Positions 27,445-38,509 of a stretch of 64,000 nt of DNA are shown in pieces. Source of the DNA: an uncultured Bacteroidota bacterium. Lineage in GTDB: Bacteria > Bacteroidota > Ignavibacteria > UBA10030 > UBA6906. The notes under the pieces are model-generated. The model ran no database searches. It had not been told where the DNA came from and was given only the letters and a program-made list of their open reading frames with translations. Where the stretch lies: contig CAVOYH010000005.1 of the NCBI GenBank assembly GCA_963700635.1, positions 192,625-256,624 on the forward strand. The letters are read 5' to 3'. Position 1 is the stretch's first letter. Every line of letters begins with the position of its first letter. The position numbers were made by a program, and so were the translations under genes.

Positions 27445-29688
27445 ATGTCATTTCTTGAACAACTGAACTCCGTCCAGCGGCAGGCCGTTGAAGCTGTTGA
27501 CGGACCCGTCATGATCGTGGCGGGTGCCGGCAGCGGCAAGACACGTGTGCTCACGTATCGCACCGCGCACCTTCTGCAGCGTGGCGTCCGCCCCGATTCC
27601 GTTCTGGCTCTCACCTTCACCAACAAGGCGGCCGGCGAAATGAAAGGCCGGATCGCGGAGCTGGTCGGACCCGCAAGCCGCGCCCTGTGGATGGGCACGT
27701 TCCATTCAATTCTTGCCCGGCTCCTCCGGTTCGAATGCGAACGCCTCGGATACCGTCGGAACTTCTCGATCTATGATACTGATGATTCACATGGTCTGAT
27801 CAAAAGTATCATGACAGAAAAGCTGATCTCGCCGCAACAGTTTACGCCGTCGGGGATCCGCAGCCGGATCAGCAACGCCAAAAATTCCCTCGTCAGTCCC
27901 GCCGACCTGCTCCGTGTCTCGCATGATCTTATGTCGCAACGTACGGCGGAAGTTTTTGATGAATATGAACGCCGGCTCCACCGCGCTAACGCGATGGATT
28001 TCGACGACCTCCTGCTGAAACCCCTCGAACTGTTCCGGAAACATCACGACGTGCTCCGCCGATACCAGCAGCGGTTCCGGTATATCCTCGTCGATGAGTA
28101 CCAGGACACAAACCGCGTGCAGTATCTGCTCCTGCACGAACTTGCGGCCGCGCACAAGAATATCTGTGTCGTGGGCGACGATGCGCAGAGTATCTATGCG
28201 TTCCGGGGAGCGGATATCCGGAATATTCTGGATTTTGAAAAGGATTACCCCGGCTGCAAAGTGTTCCGGCTGGAGCAGAATTACCGCTCCACGAAGACCA
28301 TTCTCGGCGCCGCCGATTCCCTGATCCGGCATAATGTTGACCAGATCACCAAAAGCCTGTGGACCAGCAACGCGGACGGTGATCAGGTGATTGTGGATGT
28401 CTGTGCGGATGACCGGGAAGAAGGCCGGCGGATTGTTCTGCATATCGAAGAGGAAATCCGGCGGCACAAACGTTCGCTCAATGATTGTGCGATTCTGTAC
28501 CGGACAAACGCCCAGTCCCGGGTAATCGAGGATGCGCTCCGCCGCAACAGCATCCCCTACATTATTATCGGCGGGGTGGCGTTCTACAAACGGAAAGAAA
28601 TCAAGGACCTGGTGGCCTACCTGAAGGTCCTCGCAAATCCTCTGGACAGCGAAAGCCTCCTGCGCATTATTAATGTACCGGCACGAGCCATCGGGGATGT
28701 GTCCATACGGCGGATCAAGAGCATTGCTGCAGGCGAACGGCTTTCCCTGTTTGAGGCCCTCGCCTCTCCCAATCTGGAGGGATTGCTGACGGATCGGGCT
28801 CTGCGCGCCGTACGGCAGTTCCATGCCATGCTGACCAAGTACATCCGGCTCAAGACCGAGATGTCCGTCAGCGAGCTGGCGCGTGCCCTGGTGGACGAAC
28901 TCGGCATTCTGCGCCTTCTGAAAGAAGAAAACACGCCCGAGTCTCTTGCCCGGCGGGAAAACATCCAGGAACTCATCTCCGCGATCACGGAATTTGCCGA
29001 ACTTCACGAAGCCGCGTTGCTGGAAGACTTCCTCCAGGAAGTCTCACTTATTGCGGACATCGATACCGCCGAGTTCGGACGGAACACCGTGACCCTGATG
29101 ACCCTGCACGCGGCGAAGGGGCTGGAGTTTCCCGTGGTGTTCGTCTCAGGCCTGGAAGAAGGACTGCTGCCTATCTCCCTTGCGCTGGACAGCAGGGAAG
29201 AAACCGAAGAAGAGCGGCGGCTGCTGTACGTAGGGATGACCCGGGCGAGGGAGCATCTCTACCTCTCACATGCACGGATGCGCTACCATCAGGGAGAAAT
29301 GCTCTATTCGGTCCGTTCCCGGTTTATCGATGAGATTGATGCCCTTCATCTTTCGTTCCGCGGACAGAACGGGATCACGCCGCGCCATACCGGGACAACC
29401 CTTCGACAGAAATCACCATCCGTTTCCCGAGCGAAAAGTCTGTCCACAGCAACCCGGAGTTCCTCTGCTGATCCGGCGCCTTCGGATCCCATGCCGGATT
29501 ATGAACATGAATCGCAGGACGGACCATCGCTGCGCGTGGGGCTTGCGGTCACGCATGAGACCTTCGGACCGGGCCGCATCGTAGCGCTTGACGGACGCGG
29601 AGACGACCAGCGGGCGGTTGTGGATTTTGCCACCGCCGGACGCAAACAACTCCTCCTCAAATTCGCCCACCTCCGGGCCGGATCCTGA
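27445..29688 (+). CDS. pcrA: ATP-dependent DNA helicase, UvrD/PcrA family
   Basis: 'LNSVQRQAV', Walker A '[11 protein letters not shown]', 'VDEYQDTN', '[14 protein letters not shown]', and a C-terminal Tudor-like '[12 protein letters not shown]'. Confidence 0.9.
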   Translation: MSFLEQLNSVQRQAVEAVDGPVMIVAGAGSGKTRVLTYRTAHLLQRGVRPDSVLALTFTNKAAGEMKGRIAELVGPASRALWMGTFHSILARLLRFECERLGYRRNFSIYDTDDSHGLIKSIMTEKLISPQQFTPSGIRSRISNAKNSLVSPADLLRVSHDLMSQRTAEVFDEYERRLHRANAMDFDDLLLKPLELFRKHHDVLRRYQQRFRYILVDEYQDTNRVQYLLLHELAAAHKNICVVGDDAQSIYAFRGADIRNILDFEKDYPGCKVFRLEQNYRSTKTILGAADSLIRHNVDQITKSLWTSNADGDQVIVDVCADDREEGRRIVLHIEEEIRRHKRSLNDCAILYRTNAQSRVIEDALRRNSIPYIIIGGVAFYKRKEIKDLVAYLKVLANPLDSESLLRIINVPARAIGDVSIRRIKSIAAGERLSLFEALASPNLEGLLTDRALRAVRQFHAMLTKYIRLKTEMSVSELARALVDELGILRLLKEENTPESLARRENIQELISAITEFAELHEAALLEDFLQEVSLIADIDTAEFGRNTVTLMTLHAAKGLEFPVVFVSGLEEGLLPISLALDSREETEEERRLLYVGMTRAREHLYLSHARMRYHQGEMLYSVRSRFIDEIDALHLSFRGQNGITPRHTGTTLRQKSPSVSRAKSLSTATRSSSADPAPSDPMPDYEHESQDGPSLRVGLAVTHETFGPGRIVALDGRGDDQRAVVDFATAGRKQLLLKFAHLRAGS

Positions 29689-29690
29689 CC

Positions 29691-31238
29691 ATGGCGAAGA
29701 CGACGATTACCTACCTCCATGAACTCCGCGAGCGCGCACTTCAGGGAGGCGGAGAAAGGCGCATTGACGATCAGCACCGTAAAGGAAAACTGACTGCACG
29801 GGAACGACTCGCCCTGCTGCTCGACGAAGGAAGCTTCGAGGAGCTGGATATGTTCGTGGAACACCGCTCTTCGGATTTCGGGCTGGACCAGCAGCGGTAT
29901 CCGGGGGACGGGGTCGTGACCGGGACGGGAACGATAAACGGCCGGACGGTGTGCGTCTTCAGCCAGGATTTTACCGTCTTCGGGGGCTCGCTCTCTGAAG
30001 CCCACGCTGAAAAAATCGTAAAAGTGATGGACCTTGCGATGAAGATCGGGACCCCGGTCATCGGCCTCAACGACTCCGGCGGGGCGCGGATACAGGAAGG
30101 GGTCGTCAGTCTGGGCGGCTACGCGGACATCTTCCTTCGTAATACGCTTGCCTCGGGCGTCGTGCCCCAGATCTCTGCAGTGCTGGGACCCTGCGCAGGC
30201 GGCGCCGTTTACTCGCCTGCAATCACCGATTTTGTCGTCATGGTAAAAAACACCTCCTACATGTTTGTCACCGGACCCAATGTGGTGCGCACGGTAACGC
30301 ATGAAGAGGTCACAGCCGAGGAACTGGGCGGTGCCATGACCCATGCCAGCCGCAGCGGCGTGGCACACTTTGCCTGCGACAATGAAGCGATCTGTCTGGA
30401 GACGATACGGAACCTCCTGTCGTTCCTGCCGCAGAACAATGCGGAAGAACCGCCGGTCAGGAAGACTGCCGACAGCGCCGACCGGAGAGACAGCGAACTG
30501 GACTCCCTTATCCCCGATCAACCCAACAAGCCGTATGATATGACCGGCGTGATCCATCATGTTGTGGACGACGGCGAATTTCTTGAAGTCCACCAACACT
30601 TCGCACCCAACATTCTTGTCGGGTTTGCCCGTCTGGATGGCAGGCCGATCGGGATCGTTGCGAACCAGCCTTCTGTGCTGGCCGGCGTGCTGGATATCGA
30701 CTCCTCCAGGAAGGGTGCCCGCTTTGTGCGGTTCTGTGACGCGTTCGGCATTCCTCTTGTTGTGTTTGAAGACGTCCCGGGGTTTCTTCCGGGAACAGAC
30801 CAGGAATGGCGGGGGATTATCGCAAACGGCGCCAAGCTGCTCTATGCCTTCTGTGAAGCGACCGTCCCGCGTATCACGGTGATCACGCGAAAGGCCTACG
30901 GGGGAGCGTATGATGTTATGAATTCCAAACACATACGGGGCGACATGAATTTCGCATGGCCTGCGGCGGAGATTGCTGTGATGGGCCCGAAAGGCGCCGC
31001 GGAGATTATCTTCAAACGGGAAATTGACGCCGCACCCGACCGGGAGAAGGCGCTTGCTGAAAAAGAGCGTGAATACAGGGAGAAGTTCGCTCATCCCTAT
31101 CTCGCTGCGAGCCGCGGGTACATTGACGCCATCATCGAACCCTCCGAAACTCGCCCGCGACTCATTCGGGCCCTCAAACTACTCGATACAAAAGTCGATC
31201 AGAATCCCCGCAAGAAACACGGGAACATTCCGCTCTAA
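29691..31238 (+). CDS. Acyl-CoA carboxylase carboxyltransferase (beta) subunit, propionyl-/methylmalonyl-CoA type
   Basis: '[19 protein letters not shown]', '[11 protein letters not shown]', '[12 protein letters not shown]', '[16 protein letters not shown]'. 515 aa. Confidence 0.9.
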   Translation: MAKTTITYLHELRERALQGGGERRIDDQHRKGKLTARERLALLLDEGSFEELDMFVEHRSSDFGLDQQRYPGDGVVTGTGTINGRTVCVFSQDFTVFGGSLSEAHAEKIVKVMDLAMKIGTPVIGLNDSGGARIQEGVVSLGGYADIFLRNTLASGVVPQISAVLGPCAGGAVYSPAITDFVVMVKNTSYMFVTGPNVVRTVTHEEVTAEELGGAMTHASRSGVAHFACDNEAICLETIRNLLSFLPQNNAEEPPVRKTADSADRRDSELDSLIPDQPNKPYDMTGVIHHVVDDGEFLEVHQHFAPNILVGFARLDGRPIGIVANQPSVLAGVLDIDSSRKGARFVRFCDAFGIPLVVFEDVPGFLPGTDQEWRGIIANGAKLLYAFCEATVPRITVITRKAYGGAYDVMNSKHIRGDMNFAWPAAEIAVMGPKGAAEIIFKREIDAAPDREKALAEKEREYREKFAHPYLAASRGYIDAIIEPSETRPRLIRALKLLDTKVDQNPRKKHGNIPL

Positions 31239-31293
31239 CATCCCATAACTCTCTATGGAATGTGGCGTTTTCACGAGCAATCTCAAGTGTTTC

Positions 31294-31322
31294 TTGACAC
31301 TTTCCCCCTGAAGGCGTATAAT
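31294..31322 (+). promoter_or_regulatory. Consensus sigma70 promoter
   Basis: Perfect TTGACA-17 nt-TATAAT. It is followed by the 5'-UTR hairpin gtgcgcc-tgtaatt-ggcgcac (about 31333-31353). Confidence 0.65.
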
Positions 31323-31390
31323 GAAAAGACGCGTGCGCCTGTAATTGGCGCACTTTGAACTGCAATGGTGAAAATGAGAAGGGAAGTCTG

Positions 31391-33637
31391 ATGCGAAGAG
31401 CGTGTGCCGTGGCAATTGCAGCGTTGCTCCTGGTGGGATGTGCCTCTCAACCTCTTACTGAAGAACAAAACACTCCGCCACCCAGCATCACGCTGGTGGA
31501 TTCCTTGCCTGCAAACAGCCTGGCCGCAGACGGTCCGGATTCTTCGGACGTGGTTGCGGAGCACTACGGGGTTCCAGACGACACACTGATAGCGACAATG
31601 CTCGAATCCGCCCGACAGCATTACATCTCCGCTGCAACTGCGGCCGAGGGAGGCGATACCACACGCTCCGTGATTCAGTTCGAAGAAGCCATCGCCATCC
31701 TTGATGAACTAAGTTACATCCCCGATATCGAATCAAATCGAGATTTTAGCGACCTGAGCAAGGCCGTCGTCGAGGACTACGAGCGCTATATCATCAGCAT
31801 CGACAGTCTCTCTGCAGAAAGTTCCATCTTCGCCCTCCGGGAGAAGCTCAACCAGGTGGTCGAACTGCCCGATTCGATATCACCCGGACCGGCGCGGCCG
31901 ATTATTCAGGGCACAACAATTCCCCTGGTGATGAACGACCTGGTTGACCGGCATATCCAGTTCTTCCAGGGGCGGGGCCGCGAGCATATGGAACGCTGGC
32001 TCAGAAATTCGGGGAGGTACTTCCCCCTGATAAAGACCATCCTGAATGAAGAGGGCGTGCCCGAGGAGATCGCATTTCTCTCCATGGTGGAGAGCGGAGT
32101 AAATCCCCTGGCGCGGTCCTGGGCCCGGGCTGTCGGAATGTGGCAATTTATGAAGGGCACCGGCCGGATTTATGGGCTGCGTACAACCTACTGGTACGAC
32201 GAACGCCGCGATTTCGAAAAAGCCACACGGGCTGCCGCACGGCACCTGCGGGATCTTCACGAGGACTTTGGAGACTGGTACCTTGCGATGGCCGGGTACA
32301 ATTCGGGTGCGGGAAGAGTGTACTCCGGCATCCGCCGCACCGGGACCACGGACTTCTGGGAGATGCGCAGGCGGTTGCCGCGTGAAACACGCAACTACGT
32401 CCCCCAGTATATTGCAGCGGCGTTGATTGCGATGAACCCGGCTGAATACGGTTTTGGCGATGTAGAATTCCATCCCCCCATCACATGGGATGTTGTCACA
32501 GTCAACGACTGTGTGGATCTGGATGCATTGGCTGACTGTGCCGCAACGGATGTGAAGACTCTGCGTGAATTAAATCCGGAATTACTTCAACGGTGTACTC
32601 CACCCGGCGTGAAGGGATACCGACTGAGAGTTCCGGAGGGGAGCATTGCCCGTTTTCAGGAGAGTTACGCGCAGCTGGCGGATTCGACAAAACGCGACTG
32701 GATCGTCCATTCGGTGCGCAAGGGAGAGAGCCTTGGCAGCATCGCTGCACGCTACGGCATTTCCGCGGGAATCATCGGAGAGGCAAATAGCGGGAAGTCG
32801 GCCAGACGGCTCTCCATCGGCTCTACGCTGGTGATTCCGGTTCCGAAAGGCTCAACCCGGCATGCTGCCCTGGTTGCCGCCTCTGCAGAAGCAGACGAAG
32901 GCGGGAGCGTAAAACGGACCCGCACAACACGTGACCGGTCGCGGCTCGAAAAAGCGCTCTCTCAGGCCTCCCGGCGCACCACGGAAAGTCCTGCGGGAAA
33001 GACCCGGCTGACGTATACGGTAAAACGGGGGGACACGATAGGGCACATTGCCGAATGGTTCTCCTGCAGGGCTGCGGATATCAGGAACTGGAATGACCAT
33101 CCTTACGGGCGTCCGATACGGGCGGGACAAGAGCTGGATGTCTATGTGGCCGATCATCTCGTAAGCCGTTACCGGTCGATCGACCGGATGTCATTCACTG
33201 AAAAAACAAAACAATTCCGGCCCCACGCTGCTGCCATTGCTGAACAGGGGAATGAAGGCACCGGCAATTATGTTGTGCTCGAAGGAGAAACCCTGGATAA
33301 GATCTCCCGCGATCACGGAGTCACGATTGAACAGATCAAACGATGGAACAACCTCAGCTCCTCCAGGATTCTCGTCGGGCAACGCCTTATCATCCACACA
33401 AGCGCTGAAAACGTGAGAATCGTGGATGCTCCGAAGGTTCCCGGCAATGCCCAGCGTAAAGACGGTAAGGTCACCATCTATGTCGTAAAGAAGGGGGATA
33501 CGTTGTGGGACATTGCGCGCACCCATGAGGTGAGCCCGGAAGAATTACGCGACTGGAATGCGCTCAAACAGAATAACATCCGGGCCGGTCAGGAGCTTGT
33601 CATTCACAGGAATGGGTCGGCCGGGGGAGGCAACTGA
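31391..33637 (+). CDS. Membrane-bound lytic murein transglycosylase (MltD-like) with four LysM domains
   Basis: Lipobox LLLVGC. SLT catalytic region '[26 protein letters not shown]'. Four LysM units ([13 protein letters not shown].., [13 protein letters not shown].., [13 protein letters not shown].., [13 protein letters not shown]..). Confidence 0.85.
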   Translation: MRRACAVAIAALLLVGCASQPLTEEQNTPPPSITLVDSLPANSLAADGPDSSDVVAEHYGVPDDTLIATMLESARQHYISAATAAEGGDTTRSVIQFEEAIAILDELSYIPDIESNRDFSDLSKAVVEDYERYIISIDSLSAESSIFALREKLNQVVELPDSISPGPARPIIQGTTIPLVMNDLVDRHIQFFQGRGREHMERWLRNSGRYFPLIKTILNEEGVPEEIAFLSMVESGVNPLARSWARAVGMWQFMKGTGRIYGLRTTYWYDERRDFEKATRAAARHLRDLHEDFGDWYLAMAGYNSGAGRVYSGIRRTGTTDFWEMRRRLPRETRNYVPQYIAAALIAMNPAEYGFGDVEFHPPITWDVVTVNDCVDLDALADCAATDVKTLRELNPELLQRCTPPGVKGYRLRVPEGSIARFQESYAQLADSTKRDWIVHSVRKGESLGSIAARYGISAGIIGEANSGKSARRLSIGSTLVIPVPKGSTRHAALVAASAEADEGGSVKRTRTTRDRSRLEKALSQASRRTTESPAGKTRLTYTVKRGDTIGHIAEWFSCRAADIRNWNDHPYGRPIRAGQELDVYVADHLVSRYRSIDRMSFTEKTKQFRPHAAAIAEQGNEGTGNYVVLEGETLDKISRDHGVTIEQIKRWNNLSSSRILVGQRLIIHTSAENVRIVDAPKVPGNAQRKDGKVTIYVVKKGDTLWDIARTHEVSPEELRDWNALKQNNIRAGQELVIHRNGSAGGGN

Positions 33638-33685
33638 CTGTACGGGGTTGACCCCCTGTTCATGGAATACGAGGTCCCGGAAGTG

Positions 33686-33720
33686 AAAAAAGGCAGCAGG
33701 GTAATCCTGCTGCCTTTTTT
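33686..33720. terminator. Bidirectional rho-independent terminator
   Basis: AAAAAA-ggcagcagg-gtaat-cctgctgcc-TTTTTT between convergent genes (stops at 33637 and 33791). Confidence 0.8.
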
Positions 33721-33790
33721 CATGAATGAGCCGGTAACGCGCTACATTTCCCTCCCGGTGCTCCGTTCGCATTGGTCCGGCGTCACCGGA

Positions 33791-34348
33791 TCATTGGGGA
33801 TCAACGTCTTTCATAATGCGCACCTCGCGCTCTATCGTGCGCCCTCCACGATTCATGATACCGCCCTGACGCTGCATCATGCGGCCTTCACCACCCATCA
33901 TCATTCCTTGATGCTTGCCGGGACCTGTCTTCCGCACATGCTGCTTCCAGAGCTTCTGCTGCTCGGGTGTCAGGATGGTTCTCACTGCAAACATGTGATC
34001 CAGCGCGGCCACCTTTGCCTGGTGCTGGAGGTCCGACACCTCCTTCATTTTTTTCTCGATCGCATTTCTGTCAGGATTCTCGGGAAGGTACAATTCCTGA
34101 ATTTCCACGCGCAGAAGGCGAATCTTACCCTGCAGCGCGACCTGTTTCTTCTGCTTGTCGATACGCAGTTTATCCATCTGCGACTGTTGTTTCTCGCTGA
34201 GATTCAGCTTCTCCGCCATAGCCATCCGATCTTGCCTCGCGCCGCGGCGTGGACGGGCGTCGGAATCATTGTCCATTCCGGATTGTGCGAAGGCGGGGCC
34301 CACAAGGCCCGCGGCCAGCAGGGTGGTCAACATCAGGTGTTTCAACAT
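33791..34348 (-). CDS. Periplasmic Spy/CpxP-family (LTXXQ-motif) protein
   Basis: Signal peptide followed by a helical, charged protein with 'LNLSEKQQSQM' and 'LTPEQQKLWKQH' motifs. Confidence 0.6.
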   Translation of the reverse strand: MLKHLMLTTLLAAGLVGPAFAQSGMDNDSDARPRRGARQDRMAMAEKLNLSEKQQSQMDKLRIDKQKKQVALQGKIRLLRVEIQELYLPENPDRNAIEKKMKEVSDLQHQAKVAALDHMFAVRTILTPEQQKLWKQHVRKTGPGKHQGMMMGGEGRMMQRQGGIMNRGGRTIEREVRIMKDVDPQ

Positions 34349-34512
34349 GGTCTATGCTCCTCTTATTGAATGGGGGTTGTTATGTGTTCTGGATGTTGGA
34401 CAAGAAACCCATTGCCAGGGTTTAATGGTCCGGCCATGGTAAATCCTCCACAGATGAATTCCGACGGTGCTTCAGACGCCGGTTCCGCGTTTCGCGCGCG
34501 CGATACGCGGCG

Positions 34513-34541
34513 TTGACTTTGCATGGGCAAATCGCTATGTT
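34513..34541 (+). promoter_or_regulatory. Sigma70-like promoter upstream of the TPR lipoprotein gene
   Basis: TTGACT-17 nt-TATGTT, about 30 nt before the GTG at 34571. Confidence 0.45.
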
Positions 34542-34570
34542 TTGTTGATGTTTGAATCGGAGTATCTCCT

Positions 34571-36796
34571 GTGCGGATAACTGCTTTCGTGCTCAAGTCC
34601 TTCCTCCTCCCCGGTCTCCTGCTGTTTTCATCGTGCGGCGTAATGGATTTCTTCTCCGCCTATTTTAATACCTATTACAATGCCAAACGGCTCTTCGATG
34701 AGGCGGTCGAAGAGGTATGGATGATTCCGGAAACGCGCGAAACAGGGAGGAATTTGCTCTCCGTCCCCGCTTCCGGTCAAACTGCGCGTGCGAAATTTAC
34801 CTCGGTGATTGAGAAATGTTCGAAACTTCTCCAATACCACCCTGAATCGGATCTCGTGGACGATGCCCTCCTCATGATCGGACGTTCATACTATTTCCAG
34901 GGGGAGTATCAGCAGGCACAGCGGAAATTCAAAGAATTACTGGACGGCTATCCGGAGAGCGATCTGGTGCCCCGGACACAGGTGTTCCTGGCGTACACGC
35001 TGTTCAGGATACCGGAAACCGAACAGGCTGAGGCGCTGGCGTTGCAGCTTATCGAAGAAGCCACGGCGCGCGAAGACAACGCAACAACTGCCGACGCCGC
35101 ACTTGTGCTCGCACAGATTGCCCTGGATGCCAAAGAATACAAGCGGGCGAGAGGGTATTTCGCACTAACGGGTCAAATGGGCGATCTCGCGGACAAACGT
35201 GCGCAGGCGTTCATCAAAGTTGCCGAGATGGACTTTGAAACAGGCGACTACAAGGCTGCGGAAGAAGCGTATCGCCGCGCACGCGCACTCAGCAACGGAT
35301 ACTCGGGTGAGTATCGGGGGATGTTCGGCGCAGCACGCGCGCTGGCCCGTCAGGAGCGGTATGATGAAGCCCTCGATGCCCTGATCGACCTGCGCGACAA
35401 TTCCAACTACAGGGAATATCACGGCGAGGTGGACGTACAAATCGGGCACGTGTTCCGGGACAAAGGTGACCTGGAAGGGGCAATCGATCAATACCGCTAC
35501 GTTGACACCGCCTATGCCCGCACGGAAAACGCGTCAAATGCCAATTATGCGCTGGGCATACTGTACGAGAACACCGTTCATCTTTATGATTCAGCCAAGG
35601 TGGCCTATGACAGAGGCCGCAGCGGTCCGCCCCTGGCACTCGTGATGCCGGAGCTTATCCGGAGAGCTGACTATCTCGGAAAATATCTGCAGTACAGCAA
35701 AGACGTCAGACGTCTGGACAGCACCCTGCACGCACTCCTCACTCCACCTGACTCAAGCACTCTCGCCGCCGGGGATTCCCTCGGAGCTGTTCCGGATTCA
35801 GTGGGTGCCGGTGTGTTGCACTCTCAACTCTCCGGGCCGGATACACTCTCCCCCGGTGCAGCACCTGGTGAACCCGCTCCGGAAATGCTCCCGGGAGTCC
35901 GCACAGAACCGGTCCCGGATATCCTGACGACCCCGCGAGTCACAGAAACCACACCCCAGCGCCGGCCGGACAATCTGCCTCCTCCTCCGCAGGCCGCACC
36001 ACCACAGCATCCCGATTCTGTCCGGAAGCACCTCGCGTCCGCCATCGACAATCTTGCAGGGGTCCTGTATATCAGCATGGGACTCCCCGACTCCGCGCGA
36101 CTCTGTTATCGCCGGATTATCTCCGAATTTCCTGAGAGTCATGCTGCGCCCCGGGCTCTGTACGTGCTTGCGCGGATCGAAGGGGAAGACTCGTCATCTT
36201 CTCCGACGGTTCCCGATTCACTGTACCAGGTGCTCATTGCCCGGCATCCTTCCTCGGCGTTTGCGGACGAAGCGCGACGGCTGCTCGGACTTCCCTCAGT
36301 CCAGAAGACGACTGATCTGGCCGAAGGCAGTTACGGCAGAGGTGCAACATTGCTGCAAAAGGGAAAGCCCCGCGCAGCGATTGATACATTCAAAGTGCTT
36401 GCGCGGTTGTATCCGGAATCACCGGCTGCGTCAAGAGCGTTATACGCCGCAGGATGGACGTATGAGCATCATACACCGTTGCGGGACAGTGCTACGGCAG
36501 TGTATGAACGACTCCTGACCCGATATCCGGACAGTCCCCTTGCGCGGAAAGTACAACCGCGTGTTCAGGAAGTACTGGCCGTGCGCCGCATGGCCACCGA
36601 AAAGGCACACGCTGATTCGCTTGCAAAAACAAAGCCGGCCGGGAGCCCCGATACGCTCAAGACGGCGGGGGACACCTTGGAAGAGAAGGACCGGCTCCTG
36701 GAAGAACGCCGGAAGATCCCGAACAATCCGGCCGAACCACCGGTACCGAGGCCGGTACGGCCGCGCGAAACTCCGGAAGAAAAACCAATCGACTGA
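34571..36796 (+). CDS. Tetratricopeptide-repeat lipoprotein with a Pro-rich linker
   Basis: Lipobox LLFSSC. Multiple TPR-like helices (e.g. 'DDALLMIGRSYYFQGEYQQAQRKFKELLDGYPES', 'PRALYVLARI', 'SRALYAAGWTYE'). Low-complexity P-rich segment at about 35760-36010. Confidence 0.65.
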   Translation: MRITAFVLKSFLLPGLLLFSSCGVMDFFSAYFNTYYNAKRLFDEAVEEVWMIPETRETGRNLLSVPASGQTARAKFTSVIEKCSKLLQYHPESDLVDDALLMIGRSYYFQGEYQQAQRKFKELLDGYPESDLVPRTQVFLAYTLFRIPETEQAEALALQLIEEATAREDNATTADAALVLAQIALDAKEYKRARGYFALTGQMGDLADKRAQAFIKVAEMDFETGDYKAAEEAYRRARALSNGYSGEYRGMFGAARALARQERYDEALDALIDLRDNSNYREYHGEVDVQIGHVFRDKGDLEGAIDQYRYVDTAYARTENASNANYALGILYENTVHLYDSAKVAYDRGRSGPPLALVMPELIRRADYLGKYLQYSKDVRRLDSTLHALLTPPDSSTLAAGDSLGAVPDSVGAGVLHSQLSGPDTLSPGAAPGEPAPEMLPGVRTEPVPDILTTPRVTETTPQRRPDNLPPPPQAAPPQHPDSVRKHLASAIDNLAGVLYISMGLPDSARLCYRRIISEFPESHAAPRALYVLARIEGEDSSSSPTVPDSLYQVLIARHPSSAFADEARRLLGLPSVQKTTDLAEGSYGRGATLLQKGKPRAAIDTFKVLARLYPESPAASRALYAAGWTYEHHTPLRDSATAVYERLLTRYPDSPLARKVQPRVQEVLAVRRMATEKAHADSLAKTKPAGSPDTLKTAGDTLEEKDRLLEERRKIPNNPAEPPVPRPVRPRETPEEKPID

Positions 36797-37563
36797 TGCT
36801 CCAGACGTTCTGCCCTGTGCTCTCTCTCGAAACTGTCGCAGAGAACGTATTCCTCCTTGTTCTGCATGCGCCGGAAATTGCTCCGCTCGTGCGCCCGGGC
36901 CAGTTCCTGAACGTGCGCGTGGAAGAGACAAACGACCCGCTGCTGCGCCGCCCGTTTAGCGTGTACCGGACAGATGAAGATCATGTGGAGCTGTTGTTCA
37001 ATGTGGTCGGAAAAGGCACCCAGATTCTCGCCGGAAAACGTAAGGGCGACAGGCTGGATGTCCTCGGTCCGCTCGGGGTACCCTTTACGGTTGACGATGA
37101 ACAATTCTCGACCGCCATCCTCGTGGCCGGGGGGCTCGGTGTTGCACCCATGCCGATTACCACGCGCCATCTTCTCCAGAAAGGTAAGGCGGTCCGGACA
37201 TTTCTGGGTGCGCGAAACAAGGGTTCACTTGTGCCCGCACATCTTGTGAATGTTGATATCGCCACGGACGACGGTTCGGCGGGCAGCCACGGGAATGTGG
37301 TGCAGCTCATGGAAAAGGCGCTGGCATCCGGAAGTCCCGCCAGGCCGAAAGTGTTCGCCTGCGGTCCTCACCCGATGCTGAAAGCAGTGGCGATGCTCGC
37401 AGCACGGCTTGATATTCCCTGTGAAGTTTCTCTGGAAGGACCAATGGGCTGCGGTATTGGAATCTGTCAGGGATGCCCGGTGGAACTCAAGAGTCCGGCC
37501 AAAAAATACGCTCTGATGTGCAAAGACGGGCCCACATTTGATGCACGCACGATTCAATGGTAA
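36796..37563 (+). CDS. pyrK: Dihydroorotate dehydrogenase B electron-transfer subunit
   Basis: FAD-binding 'RRPFSVY', NAD-binding 'LVAGGLGVAP', and the C-terminal 2Fe-2S cluster 'CGIGICQGC'. Immediately upstream of pyrD. Confidence 0.85.
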   Translation: MLQTFCPVLSLETVAENVFLLVLHAPEIAPLVRPGQFLNVRVEETNDPLLRRPFSVYRTDEDHVELLFNVVGKGTQILAGKRKGDRLDVLGPLGVPFTVDDEQFSTAILVAGGLGVAPMPITTRHLLQKGKAVRTFLGARNKGSLVPAHLVNVDIATDDGSAGSHGNVVQLMEKALASGSPARPKVFACGPHPMLKAVAMLAARLDIPCEVSLEGPMGCGIGICQGCPVELKSPAKKYALMCKDGPTFDARTIQW

Positions 37564-38509
37564 TACGATACGAAGCTCTTTCCGGATCGGCACGGTAGAG
37601 TTCAAGAACCGTGTGATGGTCGCATCGGGAACGTTTGGATACGGGGATGAGTGTGTTTCTGCCGTTGACGTGAATCGCCTGGGAGCACTTATCACAAAAT
37701 CCCTCTCTCTCAAGCCGCGGGAAGGAAATCCTCCTCCGCGGATTGTGGAGACCGCAAGCGGGATGCTGAATTCGATCGGACTGGCGAACATAGGCGTACA
37801 CCGTTTTATCGGTGAAAAGTTGCCCTTCCTTCGGACGGTGGATACAACCGTGATCGTGAATATCGCCGCCAGCACCGTCGAGGAATATTGTGCCGTGCTG
37901 GAATTGCTGGAAGGTGAGGATGGGATCGATGGATACGAAATCAACGTCTCCTGTCCGAACGTCAAAGAGGGAGGCCTGAATTTCGGGACAAGCTGCCCGA
38001 TGACATCCCAGATCACACAACGGCTGCGAAGCCGCACGAAACGTCCCCTGATCATCAAACTTACCCCCAACGTCACACACATCGCGGAGCTGGCACGGGC
38101 GGCTGAAGATGCCGGCGCTGACGCGGTGTCTGTGATGAACACGCTGATCGGTATGGCCATCGACGTTCGTACACGGAAACCCGTCCTGTCCACCGTGACC
38201 GGCGGGCTCTCGGGACCGGCCGTCAAGCCCGTCGCACTGGCCAAGGTCTATGAAACCGCCCGCGCTGTCAGGATTCCCGTCATCGGTATCGGCGGAATTG
38301 TAAACGGGATTGACGCGATTGAGTTTCTCCTCGCCGGTGCCGTGGCCGTGCAGGTGGGCACCGCAAACTTCCTTGATCCTGCTGCGGGAGTCAGGGTGGC
38401 TGACGAGATGAAATCGTTCTGCGTGCAACAGGGGATTGCCGACATGGGTTCGCTCGTTGGCGGACTGGAAGCCAAAACCGGCGTCTCGGTACTCGATAGC
38501 TGGCTGTGA
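37538..38509 (+). CDS. pyrD: Dihydroorotate dehydrogenase, class 1B catalytic subunit
   Basis: 'NRVMVASGTFGYG', 'EINVSCPNVKEGG' (active-site Cys), 'LIIKLTPN', 'GGLSGPAVKPVAL', 'IGIGGI'. Confidence 0.9.
   Translation: MMHARFNGNTIRSSFRIGTVEFKNRVMVASGTFGYGDECVSAVDVNRLGALITKSLSLKPREGNPPPRIVETASGMLNSIGLANIGVHRFIGEKLPFLRTVDTTVIVNIAASTVEEYCAVLELLEGEDGIDGYEINVSCPNVKEGGLNFGTSCPMTSQITQRLRSRTKRPLIIKLTPNVTHIAELARAAEDAGADAVSVMNTLIGMAIDVRTRKPVLSTVTGGLSGPAVKPVALAKVYETARAVRIPVIGIGGIVNGIDAIEFLLAGAVAVQVGTANFLDPAAGVRVADEMKSFCVQQGIADMGSLVGGLEAKTGVSVLDSWL

Noticed and set aside
27787-29007. 406-aa minus-strand ORF
   Set aside because: It is antisense to the UvrD/PcrA helicase, whose motifs are all intact. It is a shadow ORF.
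29499-31094. 531-aa ORF on the minus strand
   Set aside because: It is antisense to an unmistakable carboxyltransferase gene (29691..31238). Its translation is Arg/Pro/Gly-rich with no motifs, which is the typical high-G+C shadow ORF.
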